A program made the translations under genes and the position numbers. A DNA stretch of 24,000 bases from Bacillota bacterium (lineage in GTDB: Bacteria > Bacillota > TC1 > UBA5767), in assembly GCA_007121025.1 (NCBI GenBank), contig SKMO01000184.1, forward strand, positions 3,063 through 27,062. Direction: 5' to 3'. How positions within the stretch are numbered: position 1 is the stretch's first letter; the number at the start of each line of letters is the position of its first letter. The notes beneath the pieces are model-generated. The model worked only from the letters and a program-made list of their open reading frames with translations. It did no database searches and was not told the origin of the DNA. Below are positions 7,633 through 16,528 of the stretch, piece after piece.

Positions 7633-9012
7633 ATGCAGATTGCAAATGTGTCAATGCCCGGAGACATGATGAAGCCGGTCGTCTCTTCCAAGGGAATGCC
7701 AGTGGATTCAGAACTCTTTACGGGAATGCTCGAAGCGGTGCTGACGCAGTGGCCAGAGGAACAGACGTTTTCTGAAGCGCTGCTGAAACCGGGACGGGAT
7801 ATGCCGGTTGAAGAGAAACCGGAACAGGGAGGGGCGGAGGTCGGGTTTGCGACGATGGTCCACCCGCAAGCCGCGACCACCCGGATGTGTGAACAGGTTC
7901 CGGATGGGAAAACGACCGAACAAGGGGCCGTTTCTTCGGTTCACGCAGGGAGTCGGCCGTTTGTTCCGTTGGACACCGTTGAACCGGGTCTCCGGTCGGT
8001 CAGGGGCCTCGTGCAGAACGTGCTTTCGGGAACCGGGGATGACAGACAGACGCCACCGGTTGTAAAGCATCCGATGATGCAGACAGCCCGGTTGGTTCAG
8101 ACAGATCGTAACGGTCAGGTTGAACGGCCCGAAGAGCAAAACGACCTGGTGTTGACGACACAGAAAACAGATGATCTTGCGGAAATGGCCGCCCGGAAAG
8201 GAACTCCTGAAGTCCAGTGGCAAAGAACAGACGCAGCGCTGCTGTCGGCTGAAGGGAAGACAGAGCCTGATTCCGCAAAGAATCCGGAAAAATTGAACAC
8301 ACCGGAACCGCTTGTAGAAACGGCTAACCCTGTGTCACAGACCGTCAGACAGGACACCGACAGGCGTTCCCAGACAGCGGTCAGGACGGAGACAGGGATG
8401 CGGGAACTGTTGGATCCAGACACCGGACGAAAGGAACCGGAGATCGCGGCGAAACAGTCAGGTCCGGTGAAAGAACCGGCGGGGCCTGCACAGGTTTCAG
8501 AAGACGGCAAGTCGGTTGAATCGTTTCGCATGGAACTGGCGGGGCAGCAGTCCGAACAGGTCAGGACCGTCGAAGGTCAACCGGAACAGGTGGACCGGAT
8601 TGTGGAAAACCTGTTGGAACGGGTGGAGCATTTCCGCACTGACGGCAGGGACGTCCTGAAGATGCGGCTTTATCCGGAGGAACTGGGCAGACTGGAAATT
8701 CGGATGGAAATGCGCGATGGCATCCTCAGCGGACGGCTTTTGCTGGAAAGCGACGAAGCCCGGCAGTGGATGGCCCGGGAACTGGGCGCTCTTTCAGCCC
8801 AGCTGGAAGCCCGGGGTGTGGTTTTCGAACACCTGGAGGTGGTCTCCGGACAATCCTGGCAGAATCCGGCCGGACAGTTTGGCCAGGGACCGCAGGAAGG
8901 ACCGGCGCCCCAGCAGAACCCAGCCCGGGGCGATCTCGGGCAGCAGGACGCAGAACCTGTCCAAAGACCCATGGACGAAAAGAGAGCAGGCCGGCTTGAT
9001 ATACTGGCCTAG
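7633..9012 (+). CDS. fliK: Flagellar hook-length control protein FliK
   Basis: The C-terminal Flg_hook-type domain reads LKMRLYPEELGRLEIRMEMRDGILSGRLLLESDEARQWM. The N-terminal two thirds are low-complexity and P/E/Q/T-rich. SD is GGAAAGGAGG. Confidence 0.88.
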   Translation: MQIANVSMPGDMMKPVVSSKGMPVDSELFTGMLEAVLTQWPEEQTFSEALLKPGRDMPVEEKPEQGGAEVGFATMVHPQAATTRMCEQVPDGKTTEQGAVSSVHAGSRPFVPLDTVEPGLRSVRGLVQNVLSGTGDDRQTPPVVKHPMMQTARLVQTDRNGQVERPEEQNDLVLTTQKTDDLAEMAARKGTPEVQWQRTDAALLSAEGKTEPDSAKNPEKLNTPEPLVETANPVSQTVRQDTDRRSQTAVRTETGMRELLDPDTGRKEPEIAAKQSGPVKEPAGPAQVSEDGKSVESFRMELAGQQSEQVRTVEGQPEQVDRIVENLLERVEHFRTDGRDVLKMRLYPEELGRLEIRMEMRDGILSGRLLLESDEARQWMARELGALSAQLEARGVVFEHLEVVSGQSWQNPAGQFGQGPQEGPAPQQNPARGDLGQQDAEPVQRPMDEKRAGRLDILA

Positions 9013-9022
9013 GAGGTGAACG

Positions 9023-9487
9023 ATGCAGATCAATGGTTTGGGACAGACAGGACAGACCAAGCAGGCCCAAGGCATTTCGGACCACAACAGTTTCCTCGGG
9101 CCCAACGATTTTTTCAAGATTCTGGCGGCACAGCTGAAGTATCAGGATCCGATGGCCGGAGGCGATCACGGAGAACACATCATGCAGATGTCTCAGTTTG
9201 CCATGATCGAGAAGATGGATCATCTGGTGAAGAGCATGGAGAGTCTGTACAATCTCAACGCCACCGGATACGCACTGAACCTGATCGGACGTACGGTGAC
9301 ACTGGACACCCAGGAACAGGGGGCGGTGACCGGTGTGATCGAGAAGATGGAAATCACACAGGGAGGCATTCATTACTGGATGGATGGCCAGCGGTTTGAA
9401 CGGCCAGGTGTTCTGAAGGTTCTGGGAAGCCAGACGGAGAGCATCCCGGGGGAGGAAACGATCCATGAGTCCGAAGATTGGGAATAA
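9023..9487 (+). CDS. flgD: Flagellar hook assembly (capping) protein FlgD
   Basis: FlgD N-terminal motif FLGPNDFFKILAAQLKYQDPM..MQMSQFAMIEKM. SD is TAGGAGGTG. It lies upstream of flgE. Confidence 0.9.
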   Translation: MQINGLGQTGQTKQAQGISDHNSFLGPNDFFKILAAQLKYQDPMAGGDHGEHIMQMSQFAMIEKMDHLVKSMESLYNLNATGYALNLIGRTVTLDTQEQGAVTGVIEKMEITQGGIHYWMDGQRFERPGVLKVLGSQTESIPGEETIHESEDWE

Positions 9488-9881
9488 CCGGTTCATTCCC
9501 ATTGAACCAGTGGGCAGACCGGCAGCCGGATCGAAACCCGCCGCCTCAAACAGGACGGGAAGACCCGATTTTTCGGAACTGCTCCAGCGTGAGCTGGAAG
9601 GGACCGGGAAGGAAATCAAGATGTCAGCCCATGCAAAGCAGCGGCTGGAACAGCGAAACATCCGCCTGTCTGAGCAGGACATGGGACGGATGAGTAACGC
9701 ACTGGATGCTCTGGAAAAGAAGGGCGGACGCAACGCAGCGGTGTTTTTCCGGGATACGGCGTTTATCGCCAGTGTGCCCAACCGCACCCTGATTACAGCC
9801 ATCGATCTGGACGAGGATCTCCAGGTGATGACCAACATTGACAGTACTGTACACATCAAAGTGGATGGCCGGACCGAATAA
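9465..9881 (+). CDS. Small conserved flagellar-operon protein (TIGR02530-like, function unknown)
   Basis: 138-aa ORF between flgD and flgE, overlapping the flgD end by 23 nt. From memory, Firmicute flagellar operons carry a small protein of this size and position containing a SxHAxxRxxxRxI-type segment. Here that segment reads KMSAHAKQRLEQRNIRLS. Confidence 0.65.
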   Translation: MSPKIGNNRFIPIEPVGRPAAGSKPAASNRTGRPDFSELLQRELEGTGKEIKMSAHAKQRLEQRNIRLSEQDMGRMSNALDALEKKGGRNAAVFFRDTAFIASVPNRTLITAIDLDEDLQVMTNIDSTVHIKVDGRTE

Positions 9882-9940
9882 GGAGGCCATGGCTGTGGAC
9901 CGATTGAAGCAGCCCTTTAACTTAGGAGGTTAAATCAAAG

Positions 9941-10882
9941 ATGTTAAGATCCATGTTTTCCGGCGTCAGCGGAATGAGAAGCTATCAGACCAAGATGGAC
10001 GTCATCGGGAACAACATTGCCAACGTGGGCACCACCGCATTCAAGGCAGGACGGGTGCAGTTCCAGGATTTGCTCAGTGAGAGCATGGGCGCCGGACAGG
10101 CACCCATGGAAGCCGGTCTGGGGGGAACCAACCCCATGCAGGTGGGCCTGGGAGTCAGTGTCGGACGGATTGACACCATCATGACCGAAGGGGCCCTGCA
10201 ACCGACAGGCCGCGCCCTGGACCTGGCCCTGGAAGGCCAGGGGTTCTTTGTGGTTTCGGACCGGCAGGTGGACGCGGACGTTGAACTGACGGACAACGCC
10301 ATCCGGTTTACCCGGGACGGATCGTTTGTCCGGGACAGTGAAGGCAACCTGACCATGGGCAACGGCTTCCGGGTGGTGGGATTCAGCTACCTGGATGACG
10401 GGGCGATTGACGGGAACACGCCGGACATCACCGATTCACCAGAGGAGATTCTGGCCGGTGAAGAAACGGAACATTCAAGAACCAACATCATGATTCCCAA
10501 CACGGTGGAAGATGGCGGCGATCTCTATGATCTGGAATCCTTCTCCATCGACGGCACCGGGCTGATCCGGGCCCGCTACGGCAATGGAGACACTTATTAT
10601 GTGGGACGGATTGAAGTGGTCCGGTTTACCAACCCGGACGGGATGGAAAAGCTGGGTGGGAACACCTACCGGCCGTCTCCCAACTCCGGAGAGGCTCTGG
10701 AAGGAATTGGCGGACAGGGTGGATACGGGATTATCCGGTCGGGGTTCATGGAGATGAGCAACGTGGACCTGGCCAACGAGTTTACCGAGATGATCATCAC
10801 CAGCCGGTCCTATCAGGCCAACTCCCGGACGATCACCACATCCGATGAAATGTTGCAGGAACTGCTGAATCTGAAGAGATAA
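9941..10882 (+). CDS. flgE: Flagellar hook protein FlgE (short form)
   Basis: N-terminus MLRSMFSGVSGMRSYQTKMDVIGNNIANVGTTAFK and C-terminus MSNVDLANEFTEMIITSRSYQANSRTITTSDEMLQELLNLKR. SD is TAGGAGG. Confidence 0.93.
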   Translation: MLRSMFSGVSGMRSYQTKMDVIGNNIANVGTTAFKAGRVQFQDLLSESMGAGQAPMEAGLGGTNPMQVGLGVSVGRIDTIMTEGALQPTGRALDLALEGQGFFVVSDRQVDADVELTDNAIRFTRDGSFVRDSEGNLTMGNGFRVVGFSYLDDGAIDGNTPDITDSPEEILAGEETEHSRTNIMIPNTVEDGGDLYDLESFSIDGTGLIRARYGNGDTYYVGRIEVVRFTNPDGMEKLGGNTYRPSPNSGEALEGIGGQGGYGIIRSGFMEMSNVDLANEFTEMIITSRSYQANSRTITTSDEMLQELLNLKR

Positions 10883-10899
10883 GAGGCGCTAGAGACGAT

Positions 10900-11118
10900 A
10901 TGATTGAACTCACCACCCTGAAGGGGGTTTCCTTTCATCTGAATATGGATCTGATCTACCGGATCGACCAGGTGCCCGATACGATCATTACGCTGACCGA
11001 CGGGAAGAAACTGTGGGTCCAGGAGACCCCCCAGGAAGTGGTGGCGAAGGTCCGGGACTGGCGCAGATCCCTGTCCGGAAGAGAAATTGACGTGGGAACC
11101 GGGGAGGAAGAGGCATGA
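10900..11118 (+). CDS. flbD: Flagellar protein FlbD (SwrD-like)
   Basis: 72 aa, reading MIELTTLKGVSFHLNMDLIYRIDQVPDTIITLTDGKKLWVQETPQEVV, which is typical FlbD. It sits directly upstream of motA with an ATGA overlap. Confidence 0.88.
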   Translation: MIELTTLKGVSFHLNMDLIYRIDQVPDTIITLTDGKKLWVQETPQEVVAKVRDWRRSLSGREIDVGTGEEEA

Positions 11119-11906
11119 AGAAGAACATCATTCCCCCCATCGCCATGTTTGGGGGCCTGACCCTGATTCTGATCTCCATTTCCATGGCCGGAAATCTGTG
11201 GAGTTTCTGGAGCACCTCGGCCCTGGTCATTGTGATCATGGGGTCGTTTGCCGCCCTGGCGGTGGGCTACCCCCTGGACGACCTGAAAAAAGTGCCCACG
11301 GTCCTGAAAAAACTGACCCAACAGACAGAACAAAATCTGGTTGAACTGGTGGAAACCTTTTCCAGCCTTTCCCGAAAAGCACGAAAAGACGGTCTGCTGG
11401 CTCTGGAAGACCAGTTGAGTGAAGTGGGAGACGAGTTTATCGTCCGCTGCTTCCAGATGGTCATCGATGGCATTGAGCCCGAAGTCATTCAGGACGTGAT
11501 GGACATTGAGATTGAAACCACGAAAAACCGGCACAAGGCGTCCCATGACATTTTTCAGACATGGGGCGAACTGGCACCGGCCTTTGGGATGATCGGAACA
11601 CTGATCGGTCTGATCGTGATGCTGTCCGATCTTGAAGACGCCAGTGCCATTGGAACCGGGATGGCGGTGGCTTTGGTCACCACCTTTTATGGGGCGCTGT
11701 TTGCCAATCTGGTGTTGATTCCCATTGCCACCAATCTGAAAATACAGACCAAGGGTGAAGTCTTCCGGAGAGAAATGATTGTCGAGGGGATCCTGGAAAT
11801 CCAGGCGGGTACCAACCCCCGGATTATTGAAGAAAAACTGCTGACCTACCTGAACCCGAAAGAACGGAAGAAATATGTGGACGGCAAGGAAGCGGAGGAA
11901 GGATAG
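11115..11906 (+). CDS. motA: Flagellar stator protein MotA
   Basis: 263 aa and multi-TM. It has the MotA/TolQ/ExbB channel motif ELAPAFGMIGTLIGLIVML and is followed by motB. Confidence 0.92.
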   Translation: MKKNIIPPIAMFGGLTLILISISMAGNLWSFWSTSALVIVIMGSFAALAVGYPLDDLKKVPTVLKKLTQQTEQNLVELVETFSSLSRKARKDGLLALEDQLSEVGDEFIVRCFQMVIDGIEPEVIQDVMDIEIETTKNRHKASHDIFQTWGELAPAFGMIGTLIGLIVMLSDLEDASAIGTGMAVALVTTFYGALFANLVLIPIATNLKIQTKGEVFRREMIVEGILEIQAGTNPRIIEEKLLTYLNPKERKKYVDGKEAEEG

Positions 11907-11908
11907 CC

Positions 11909-12694
11909 ATGGCCAGGAGAAGAAAAAAAGCGGGTGAATCGAAAGGAAACGGAAGTCCTGCGTGGATGACCACCTTTTCCGACCTGATGACCCTTCTGCT
12001 GACTTTTTTCATCCTGCTGTACTCCTTCTCAACCATCGATGCGATCAAATTTGAGCGGGCGGCAGCAGCTCTGCAGGCAGTCCTGACGGGAAACCCCAGC
12101 ACCATTATCTTCGAAAATGACGCCCATGCCGGCGATACGGTTCCCCTGGAGGATCCGGTGCCGTTCCCGCGGGAGGAGATCGTTCCTGCGGATACCCAGT
12201 GGGAGCTGGAACAGGAGATTCTGGCTATGTACGAGACGATCAAGTCGTATGTGGACCAGTTCGGGCTGGAAGCGGATGTGCAGGTATCCGTAACCACCCG
12301 TGGTGTGCTGGTGAACATCAGTGACGCTGTGCTCTTTGACTCAGGTCAGGCCTTTATCAAGCCGGAGGGCCGTGAGCTCTTAAGCACCATGGGACAGCTT
12401 CTGCAAAGGCTTGAAAATGAAGTGGAAGTGATGGGACACACCGACAACCGGCCGATCAACACCCTACAGTATCCCAGCAACTGGGAACTCTCGGTGGACC
12501 GGGCCACCCGGGTGGTCCATTTTCTGATCGATGAGGAGGGGATTGCCCCCGGCAGGCTGAAGGCCTCCGGGTATGGGGAATTCAGGCCCGTCGCTCCCAA
12601 CAACTCTCCGGAGAACATGGCATTGAACCGGCGGGTGAATCTGTTGATCGTCATTGATGAGGAAGTAGGTGAACAGTTTGGAAGAGCAAATTGA
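11909..12694 (+). CDS. motB: Flagellar stator protein MotB (OmpA-like C-terminal domain)
   Basis: The N-terminal segment PAWMTTFSDLMTLLLTFFILLY carries the conserved Asp. The C-terminal OmpA-like region reads GHTDNRPI...NRRVNLLIV. Confidence 0.92.
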   Translation: MARRRKKAGESKGNGSPAWMTTFSDLMTLLLTFFILLYSFSTIDAIKFERAAAALQAVLTGNPSTIIFENDAHAGDTVPLEDPVPFPREEIVPADTQWELEQEILAMYETIKSYVDQFGLEADVQVSVTTRGVLVNISDAVLFDSGQAFIKPEGRELLSTMGQLLQRLENEVEVMGHTDNRPINTLQYPSNWELSVDRATRVVHFLIDEEGIAPGRLKASGYGEFRPVAPNNSPENMALNRRVNLLIVIDEEVGEQFGRAN

Positions 12695-13148
12695 AAGTAT
12701 TGCAACTCCGAAACCCCAATTGCGGAAAGTGATTCTGATTGCCGCATTGTTGGTGGTTCTGATTTCAGGAGCACTGACCTTCGGAGGGTACTATTATGTG
12801 ACCGGGGAGGTGCTCTTCGGACTGGATGGGTTGTTTGCATCCGAGCCGGAAGAGATCACCTTTGAAATGGACAGTTTTCTGGTGAATCTGCGGGGCAGCC
12901 GCAGCCATTATCTGAAAGCAACCATCGCGTTGTCGTTTATGGATCCGGAAGCCAAGGACGTGGTCCAGGCTTACCGGAGCCAGATTCGCGACACGGTCAT
13001 TCAGTACCTCAGAAGTAAATCTCAGGAGGATTTTGTTCAGTCAGACAATCTGGAGCCCTTCAAGGCGGAATTGAAAGCACAGATTGACCTGCTGTTCAAT
13101 GAAGAGATCCTGTACAATATTTATTTTACGGAGTTTTTGATTCAGTAG
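12669..13148 (+). CDS. fliL: Flagellar basal body-associated protein FliL
   Basis: Single N-terminal TM (VILIAALLVVLISGALTFGGYYY) and the FliL core FLVNLRGSRSHYLKATIALSF. The GTG start at 12669 follows GAGGAAG. TTG at 12678 is an alternative start. Confidence 0.85.
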   Translation: MNSLEEQIESIATPKPQLRKVILIAALLVVLISGALTFGGYYYVTGEVLFGLDGLFASEPEEITFEMDSFLVNLRGSRSHYLKATIALSFMDPEAKDVVQAYRSQIRDTVIQYLRSKSQEDFVQSDNLEPFKAELKAQIDLLFNEEILYNIYFTEFLIQ

Positions 13149-13173
13149 ATGAACAAGGGAAAAGGGGAGTGCA

Positions 13174-13518
13174 ATGAACGATGTATCACTGATCACCAGC
13201 TGGCTTAGACTGATCGTGGCTTTTCCACTGGTCATCGGGCTGGCTGTTTTAACGATTCGCCTGGGGGGGCGGTTACAGTCCGGCATGCAGCGGACGCCCA
13301 ACATGGAAGTGGTGGACCGGCTGGGTCTGGGGAAACACTTTTCTCTGATGATTGTCCGGGTAGGCGAAGAATTCCATCTGATGAGCACCACCGAGCAGGA
13401 GATTCGGCTGCTCAAAGTGCTGGATTTTGAGCCCATGCGGGAAGAAACGGTGGGGACCGCGGACTTCAGAGCCATCCTGACGGAAAACATGCGGAAAATC
13501 GGATGGAAAAGCCCGTGA
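13174..13518 (+). CDS. fliO: Flagellar biosynthesis protein FliO (FliZ of Firmicutes)
   Basis: 114 aa with a single TM (LRLIVAFPLVIGLAVLTI) followed by VVDRLGLGKHFSLMIVRVGEEFHLMS. It lies immediately upstream of fliP and overlaps it. Confidence 0.8.
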   Translation: MNDVSLITSWLRLIVAFPLVIGLAVLTIRLGGRLQSGMQRTPNMEVVDRLGLGKHFSLMIVRVGEEFHLMSTTEQEIRLLKVLDFEPMREETVGTADFRAILTENMRKIGWKSP

Positions 13519-14273
13519 AAAGGACGTTTATTGTCTTACTGGTCCTGATGCTGCTTCTGGCTGTCGTTCCCCAGTCGGCACTTGCCACCACCGTGAACAT
13601 CACGTTTGGTGACGAGGCCGAGGACGATGGGGGAGGCGGATTCAACCTCATCTGGCTGCTGTTCCTGCTGACCGTTCTCTCGGTGGCCCCGTCATTTCTG
13701 ATCCTGACGACGTCGTTTACCCGAATTGCCGTGGTCTTGTCCTTCCTGCGAAACGCCGTCGGCACCCAGCAGTCACCCCCAAACCAGGTGATGGTTGGGC
13801 TGGCCCTGTTTCTGACATTTTTTATCATGGCACCGGTCTACAGCCAGGTCAATGAGGTGGCCATTACCCCGTTTCTCAACGAGGAGATCTCCCAGGAGGA
13901 ATTTCTGGAGCGCGCAACGGGACCGGTTCAGGAGTTTATGCTTCGCAACACCCGGGAAAAAGACCTGGCCCTGTTCATGAACCTGTCCGGGGCACCGACC
14001 AATGACATTGGCCCGGCAGAACTGAGTGCCCTTCCTCTGACGACAGTGGCACCGGCGTTTGTGATCAGTGAACTGCGGGTGGCCTTTCAAATCGGATTTC
14101 TGCTGTTTCTCCCGTTTATTGTCATCGACATGATTGTGGCCAGCATCCTGATGTCCATGGGGATGTTCATGTTACCGCCGGTCATGATCTCCCTGCCCTT
14201 TAAGTTGCTTCTTTTTGTCATGGTGGATGGATGGTTTCTGGTCATCCAGTCCGTGGTCAGAGGATTTCAGTAG
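13503..14273 (+). CDS. fliP: Flagellar export apparatus protein FliP
   Basis: Signal-peptide-like N-terminus and conserved FliP segments (SFTRIAVVLSFLRNAVGTQQSPPNQVMVGLALFLTFFIMAPV and LPFKLLLFVMVDGW). Confidence 0.93.
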   Translation: MEKPVKRTFIVLLVLMLLLAVVPQSALATTVNITFGDEAEDDGGGGFNLIWLLFLLTVLSVAPSFLILTTSFTRIAVVLSFLRNAVGTQQSPPNQVMVGLALFLTFFIMAPVYSQVNEVAITPFLNEEISQEEFLERATGPVQEFMLRNTREKDLALFMNLSGAPTNDIGPAELSALPLTTVAPAFVISELRVAFQIGFLLFLPFIVIDMIVASILMSMGMFMLPPVMISLPFKLLLFVMVDGWFLVIQSVVRGFQ

Positions 14274-14303
14274 GGGCCCCCGTGGCCGGAAAGGAGGGTC
14301 CCA

Positions 14304-14570
14304 ATGACCGAAGCTGTGGTACTTGACGTAATGAACCGGGCTTTTATGACGGTGATCCTGGCGGCTGCGCCGGTTCTGCTGATCGCCCTGGGCGTTGGGT
14401 TGGTCCTGTCGATCCTCCAGGCGACCACCCAGGTGCAGGAACAAACTCTGACCTTCGTGCCCAAGGTCTTGTCGGTTTTTCTGGGACTGATCGTGTTCGG
14501 TTCGTTCATGCTGAATATCCTGGTGGAATTTGCAGACTACATTATGACCATGATTGCCGGAGTTTCCTGA
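14304..14570 (+). CDS. fliQ: Flagellar export apparatus protein FliQ
   Basis: 88 aa with two TM helices and the motif LSILQATTQVQEQTLTFVPK. SD is GGAAAGGAGGG. Confidence 0.93.
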   Translation: MTEAVVLDVMNRAFMTVILAAAPVLLIALGVGLVLSILQATTQVQEQTLTFVPKVLSVFLGLIVFGSFMLNILVEFADYIMTMIAGVS

Positions 14571-14571
14571 A

Positions 14572-15342
14572 ATGACGCTGAGTCTGGCCAATCTGGAAAT
14601 TCTGATTCTGGTAGTGGTTCGGCTTCTGGCCTTCATGGTGGTGTCGCCGGTGTTTGACAATCGGTCCATTCCCCCGCCGGCCAAGATTTTTTTGGCCATT
14701 TTGCTGGGCATGTCGGTCACCGGATCAGTGTTTGGCGGTCTGGAACCGATCTCCATGAGCGGTGCCTGGTTTACGCTGTATCTGGTCCGGGAAACGCTTC
14801 TGGGTCTGGCGCTTGGGTTTGTCACCCGTCTGGTGTTCACCACGGTACAGGTGGCCGGTCAGCTTGTGGACTTTCAGATTGGATTTTCCATCAGTGCCAC
14901 CTTCAACCCAATGGCCGGGGCCACACAGGCCATCATGGGGCGGATTTATTCCATGGTGACCCTGGTGCTCATTTTTGTGACGGATACCCATCACCAGGTG
15001 ATTCACGCTCTGGTCCGGTCCTTTGAGCTCATTCCTCTGGGAACATCGGTGGGTGACGTGCTGCGCATTGAGATGGTGATGCACCTGATGGTCAGGATGT
15101 TTGCGCTGGCCTTCCAGATCGCCGCACCGGTGATTCTGGTACTGATCATGGTGGACATTGTGATGGGCATTCTGTCCAAGACGGTCCCCCAGCTGAACAT
15201 TCTGATGCTGGGCATGCCGATGAAGATCCTGGTTGGAACCCTGATGATTATGACCATTTTTCCGGTCATTGCCACAGGACTCTGGCAGGTGGTGAGGGAG
15301 ATGATCGGCTATCTGGAACGAATACTTGCGATGTTTGGATAA
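14572..15342 (+). CDS. fliR: Flagellar export apparatus protein FliR
   Basis: Polytopic membrane protein with the FliR-type motif VQVAGQLVDFQIGFS. ATG 14572 lies 1 nt after the fliQ stop and has GGAG 9 nt upstream. The track start at 14554 is a TTG inside fliQ. Confidence 0.88.
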   Translation: MTLSLANLEILILVVVRLLAFMVVSPVFDNRSIPPPAKIFLAILLGMSVTGSVFGGLEPISMSGAWFTLYLVRETLLGLALGFVTRLVFTTVQVAGQLVDFQIGFSISATFNPMAGATQAIMGRIYSMVTLVLIFVTDTHHQVIHALVRSFELIPLGTSVGDVLRIEMVMHLMVRMFALAFQIAAPVILVLIMVDIVMGILSKTVPQLNILMLGMPMKILVGTLMIMTIFPVIATGLWQVVREMIGYLERILAMFG

Positions 15343-15451
15343 TCTGGCAGACGGGCTGAGGGCATGGACGTCTCCCCGCTGGAAACCGGTTCTTCAGGGG
15401 GCCGGTGAAAACCTGGACGCCGGGAGATGGCATCATCGGTCCTGGCTGGTC

Positions 15452-16525
15452 ATGATGGCCGATGACAAGGAAAGCCGGACCGAAGAGCCGTCTCACAAGA
15501 AAATTGAAGACGCCCGTAAAAAAGGTCAGGTTTCCAAAAGCCAGGATTTCAATGCGGCGGTTATTTTCCTGATTCTCGCCCTGTTCCTGACGGTCCTGCT
15601 GGAAGGGGTTTACCACAGTCTGCAGCGACTGATGATTCGGGCATTCACGGTGAACCTGGATTTCGAGATCACCGAAGGGAATCTTCGGGTGCTCTTTCTG
15701 GACTACATGCAGCAGGGTCTGCGGATCCTGGCTCCGTTTTTCGTGGTGATGGTGATTCTGGGGATTGTGAGCAACCTGTTTCAGACCCGGTTTCTGTTCT
15801 CGGTTCATCCGCTGAAACCGGATCCAGGCCGACTCAACCCAGTGAAAGGGTTCAAAAACATTTTTTCCCAGAAAAGCCTGGTGAACCTTCTGAAGAACAT
15901 GGCAAAAATGGCCCTGGTGGGCTATGTGGCAGTGCTGACGGTGCAGTCCATGCTGGTCCCCATCACCAACGCCATGTTTCTGGATACCGGAAAAATTTTT
16001 CCGTTTTTCCTCCAGCTCCTCAACCGTCTGGTGCTCAATGTGTCGGTGTTCATGGTGGGCATCGGGGGACTGGATTTTCTCTACCAGCGCTATGACTACC
16101 GCAAGGGACTGCGGATGACCAAACAGGAAACCAAAGACGAACACAAGAACCTGGAGGGGGATCCACAGATCCGCTCGTTCCGCCGGCAAAAGCAGCGGGA
16201 ACTGGCTGCCGGACGCATGATGCAGGACGTGCCGGATGCCACGGCGGTCATCACCAATCCGACCCATTACGCCGTGGCCATCCGTTACCGTACCGGTGAG
16301 GATGAGGCCCCGGTGGTGGTGGCCAAAGGACAGGATCTTCTGGCCAGACGAATCCGCGACCTGGCCCGGGAACACGGTGTTCCCGTACTGGAAAACAAAC
16401 CGCTGGCCCGGATGATGTACCGGGACGTGGACGTGGGGAAATCCATTCCCGCCAGCATGTATCAGGCCATGGCCGAAGTGCTGGCCCTGGTTTACAAGAT
16501 GACTGATCAGAAAGCAGGAAAGTAG
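15452..16525 (+). CDS. flhB: Flagellar export switch protein FlhB
   Basis: The canonical N-terminus MMADDKESRTEEPSHKKIEDARKKGQVSKSQDF begins at ATG 15452. The NPTH autocleavage site reads VITNPTHYAVAI. The track start at 15326 (TTG) adds 42 W/R-rich residues with no FlhB character. Confidence 0.88.
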   Translation: MMADDKESRTEEPSHKKIEDARKKGQVSKSQDFNAAVIFLILALFLTVLLEGVYHSLQRLMIRAFTVNLDFEITEGNLRVLFLDYMQQGLRILAPFFVVMVILGIVSNLFQTRFLFSVHPLKPDPGRLNPVKGFKNIFSQKSLVNLLKNMAKMALVGYVAVLTVQSMLVPITNAMFLDTGKIFPFFLQLLNRLVLNVSVFMVGIGGLDFLYQRYDYRKGLRMTKQETKDEHKNLEGDPQIRSFRRQKQRELAAGRMMQDVPDATAVITNPTHYAVAIRYRTGEDEAPVVVAKGQDLLARRIRDLAREHGVPVLENKPLARMMYRDVDVGKSIPASMYQAMAEVLALVYKMTDQKAGK

Positions 16526-16528
16526 ACG

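Noticed and set aside
8726-9859. 377-aa reverse-strand ORF spanning the fliK 3' end, flgD and the small operon protein
   Set aside because: It crosses three well-supported forward genes, has an Arg/Pro/Ser-rich low-complexity composition and has no SD.
13148-13174. Apparent loss of fliM/fliN(Y)/cheY between fliL and fliO, and absence of che genes after flhG
   Set aside because: This differs from the B. subtilis fla/che order. It matches the Clostridia-type order as I recall it (for example C. difficile), where fliM/fliN follow the rod genes downstream of fliA, beyond this window. It is probably not a deletion.
15345-15359. Sigma-54-like TGGCAG-N5-CTGA in the fliR-flhB spacer
   Set aside because: The -12 element lacks the conserved GC (TGA instead of TGC). 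Firmicute flagellar operons are not known to be sigma-54 dependent.
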